A DNA stretch of 64,000 nucleotides. Origin: the human T2T-CHM13v2.0 reference genome, Homo sapiens. The stretch lies in the NCBI RefSeq assembly GCF_009914755.1, contig NC_060928.1; one strand, given 5' to 3'. The position numbers were made by a program, and so were the translations under genes. Below the pieces are notes generated by a model that was not told where the DNA came from, did no database searches, and saw only the letters and a list, made by a program, of their open reading frames with translations. This document shows positions 60,872 through 64,000 of this stretch, piece after piece (the first letter of the stretch is position 1; the number at the start of each line of letters is the position of its first letter).

Positions 60872-62721
60872 TACTTTCTGAGTTTTAAAAGATGAAAATA
60901 AATTTTTCAGAATAGCAGGGGAAAACATTTGTGATGTAAAAAATGGGGTGCACACTAATTGAGGTATAAAGAACAATAATTTTGCAAATTATTAGTAACT
61001 GCCAACTCAATTAGAGTCTTGTTAAAAAGATACTGTTATGAAGTATAGTAAAGCATTACATTGTATATTTTGACTGTATTTCAAATTTCTGTTTTGTTTC
61101 CAACAGTTTTGTTGACTTATGTTGGGTGGAACAATTTGTGAGTGACCCTGAGATTTTGCATGGCTTGAATCTGGTGATATCTGGTGTCTCCCCAAGTGTT
61201 TTGTTGAAGTTTTGGATAATTAGAAGTATTTCTTACAGAAGTAAATATTTCAGTAAACATTGTTTCATTCAAACTCTCAAAATATAAAATACAAAGAAAT
61301 GTTATTCTCTATTTATTTTTATAAAGATTATAGTCTTTATCTAACTCTTCTTAGTTCATTTGAACTAAATCAATGAATTTGTCAACAGAACAAACCTTAC
61401 CAGTGGCTTAGAGGAAGAGCAAGAAAGGTGTGAAAGAAGTGAAAAGAAGCAATCACAGGTATATGAAAATTTAAGTTCTTGTTTAATATTAGTTTTTTTT
61501 TTGCTTTACTAACAAAGCATAGTACAAATGACATGACCTTTCAGACTATACCTTTAGAATCCAATAGATCATAATTTTATATTTAATTTTTAAAACATCT
61601 TAACCAGTTATGAAACTTAAGTTATTCTTACTATCTCTAGTAACTATTAGTTATTCTAGTAATTCTTAGTATCTCTAGTAACTCATAGCTGTCTTTACCC
61701 TTGGAATTGAGGCAAGAAATTTTCAGAATTATCTTGCTGTTTTATTTATATAACCTTACTCATAATACACAAGGTAACATGAAGTATTGGGTCATATTAC
61801 TGAGGAATAGAAATTATGAACAGTTTAACAACAATGGCCACTGAGTTAAACTAGTGTTAAAGGAGTCATCATTGCCAGTGCTTCAAATGTTGCAGTTTTA
61901 TATTGCTGGTCACCAGTGCCGAGGTTAAAGATTTATTCTGTTTTATGGTCACCAGTTGACTTCTGTGTCTGTGTTCAGGGAGTGAATGGGGTCATAAAAG
62001 TCAATGCAGTTGCCTATTAAGAGAATCCTACCTTGCAGAATGGGACCTTTGGTGTCAGGGTGTGAACAATAACTTTATTTCAACATAAATACATAGTAAG
62101 CATTACTAAAATTTAAAAAATCCAAACCCTATCACTACCGGAACTTAAAATATATTAGAAGTGGATATAAGCAGAAATTCTATCTAGATACATAACACTA
62201 TCATAGTATAACATTTGAATTAGAATTTAAAATTTTGCTTCTCTTTCTTACTGGTGTTCAGTTTAGCTCTTAATAATTTAGTGTTTGCCTAGTGCTCTAG
62301 TTAATCTTCAGAAATAAACATGCACTGTAGGGGCTCACTCTTTCTGGTATGCTGAGGTAAAGTCTTTGTAAGAGAGGAAGCTTTTATAATACTACCTATC
62401 ATCTTTGAATTCATTTCTGGTAGATTTTACACAAATGCATTAAGTTTAGTCCAAACAGACACTGAGAGTTCAGATTGCTGGTTCATGTTTCTGTCCTATG
62501 TTAAGCCAAGGCAAATTATTTTTCACTTTTTAGTTACAATCCCATAATTTAAGAGTAGCAACACATAGATTAAGTTTCACAGTTAAATTTTAATTATTTT
62601 CTAATATTTCTTTGTTTATACTTGATTAAAGCTAATTTTACAACATGCACTCTGACAGAAAAGACATCTGAGAAACAAAACAAGCAAATTTGTTTTCCAT
62701 TTTGCACCTGCCCCCCACCAA

Positions 62722-63755
62722 AAAAAGTCTCAAGAACCAGAACTGGGTAAGAACAGTGATAAAGGGAATCAATCTATATATTCATGACTTTCTTTAAAAT
62801 TCATTACAAACAAGTTCAAGCTGAATATTGGTAAAAGTTCTGAAAACTCCAAAATTACTGCTTGCCCTGAGGAAGAGCTCCTACATGGTAACTCTAAAGA
62901 GGGATGAACAAAAAAGGAGTGCCCTCTAGTCTGATGAATCATGTCCCTGATTGTGAGGAGAAAAATGTATCTGGAGGGTCTAGCTCTGTGGCAGTCCAGG
63001 CAGCGCCTGAACAGAGGAAGCCCATGTCAAATATCTTTTTATTCCATTCACACTCCAGGTCCCTGAAATACACTTACCAGTCATCTTCTAAGCTTCATTT
63101 AAATTAAAATAAATCAGACTATAAAAATGATAACAAACCAGACACACAGCTTGTTTCTAACACAGATGATGGAAATTTTTGTTATGATATAGAAACTGAA
63201 AAAGTAAGGAACCCAGTAATTATGATTGAAATGAAAGATGATTAAGAGTTTGACATGCAAATGGAAAAATATATAAACCCAAATACCACTAATTGGAAAT
63301 TAGGCATTGGTCTCAGTCTAGAGATCCAGAAAGTCTTTTTGATTTGTGGTTTACCCACCCCAAAGAAATGAAGCATATGATTCAGATAGAAAGTCACAGT
63401 ATTTCTGCTGCTACAGATACTTATAAAAACAGAAAACCAACACAGTGCTTATTCCAGAAGCCGCTGTATGACAATCCCAGTGTTAATAACTACAAAACCA
63501 TGAATCTTGAATTATAAAATGCGGGTTATTCTTTGCCACATAGTGAGAGAACATCAAAAATATAGCTAGAAGACTTACAGCAAGATATTCCAAGGTCACT
63601 AACATAGCACATGTATACATATGTAACAAACCTGCACATTGTGCACATGTAACAGAACTTAAAGTATAATAATAGTAAAAAGAATGAGGTAGGCATGTTA
63701 CAAGTAGAGTTCCTGGCTTTGGAGAAAGAGAAAGTCCAACTTCAAAAAGACAGAG
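62722..63755 (+). pseudogene. Relic large exon of ANKRD26/CCDC144 type
   Basis: Pieces KSQEPELGKNSDK, KITACPEEELL, NHVPDCEEKNVS, QSSSKLHLN, NNYKTMNLEL and NEVGMLQVEFLALEKEKVQLQK resemble CCDC144A (KTSQEPEMAKDCD, KIPACPEEEPL, NNIPGCEEEDAS, QSSSKFHLH, NEVNTLEEEFLALKKE). Multiple stops and frameshifts. Confidence 0.75.
63597..63680 (+). mobile_element. Very short L1PA 3'-terminal insertion (~85 bp)
   Basis: gcacatgtatacatatgtaacaaacctgcacattgtgcacatgta..agaacttaaagtataataat. Confidence 0.9.
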
Positions 63756-64000
63756 GTTCACTTGCTGCTTCTTTTTTCTCTTTATCAATTATTTGATTTA
63801 GTCAAATTTTCTATTCAAGAAAATCTCATGTGTACAGTTACAGCGGGGTTTTCTAAATGTGTAATCATGTGTCAAAGTAGATTAGTCCTGCTATCTAAAC
63901 AACGGTTCTGGAGAATGTTCTCATAATGTTTCTTCATTAATCAACCTAAGTCTCACTCTCAGTCTTCCAAGTGGCATATGAGCTGGGAAACTAATTCAGC

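Overview
Eukaryotic, almost certainly human or hominoid DNA that looks like a pericentromeric segmental-duplication mosaic. It contains no intact protein-coding gene; most ORF-track entries are artefacts of Alu, L1, LTR and satellite sequence. From left to right: (1) a ~3 kb GC-rich gamma-satellite-like (GSATII-type) array fused to a TAR1 subtelomeric block (29-bp and ~37-bp repeats) and a degenerate interstitial (TTAGGG)n tract. (2) L1 sequence and a GC-rich REP522-like insert. (3) An Alu-dense block carrying two tandem copies of the GTF2I/GTF2IRD2 first coding exon. (4) A ~75-bp palindromic SATR-type satellite that switches orientation three times and holds a three-piece scrambled NUMT (ND3-tRNAGly-CO3, tRNA cluster-OL-CO1, 12S) inserted beside the dyad axis of one unit. 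(5) A truncated ASNS first coding exon. (6) A 5'-truncated, unprocessed ANKRD20A-family pseudogene with a CCDC144/ANKRD26-type relic exon. All nuclear gene fragments lie on the + strand and most keep their splice sites. I see no convincing new protein-coding system; the interest lies in the architecture and in the repair and insertion signatures. Repeat-family and gene names come from recall, not a database search, and repeat boundaries are approximate.
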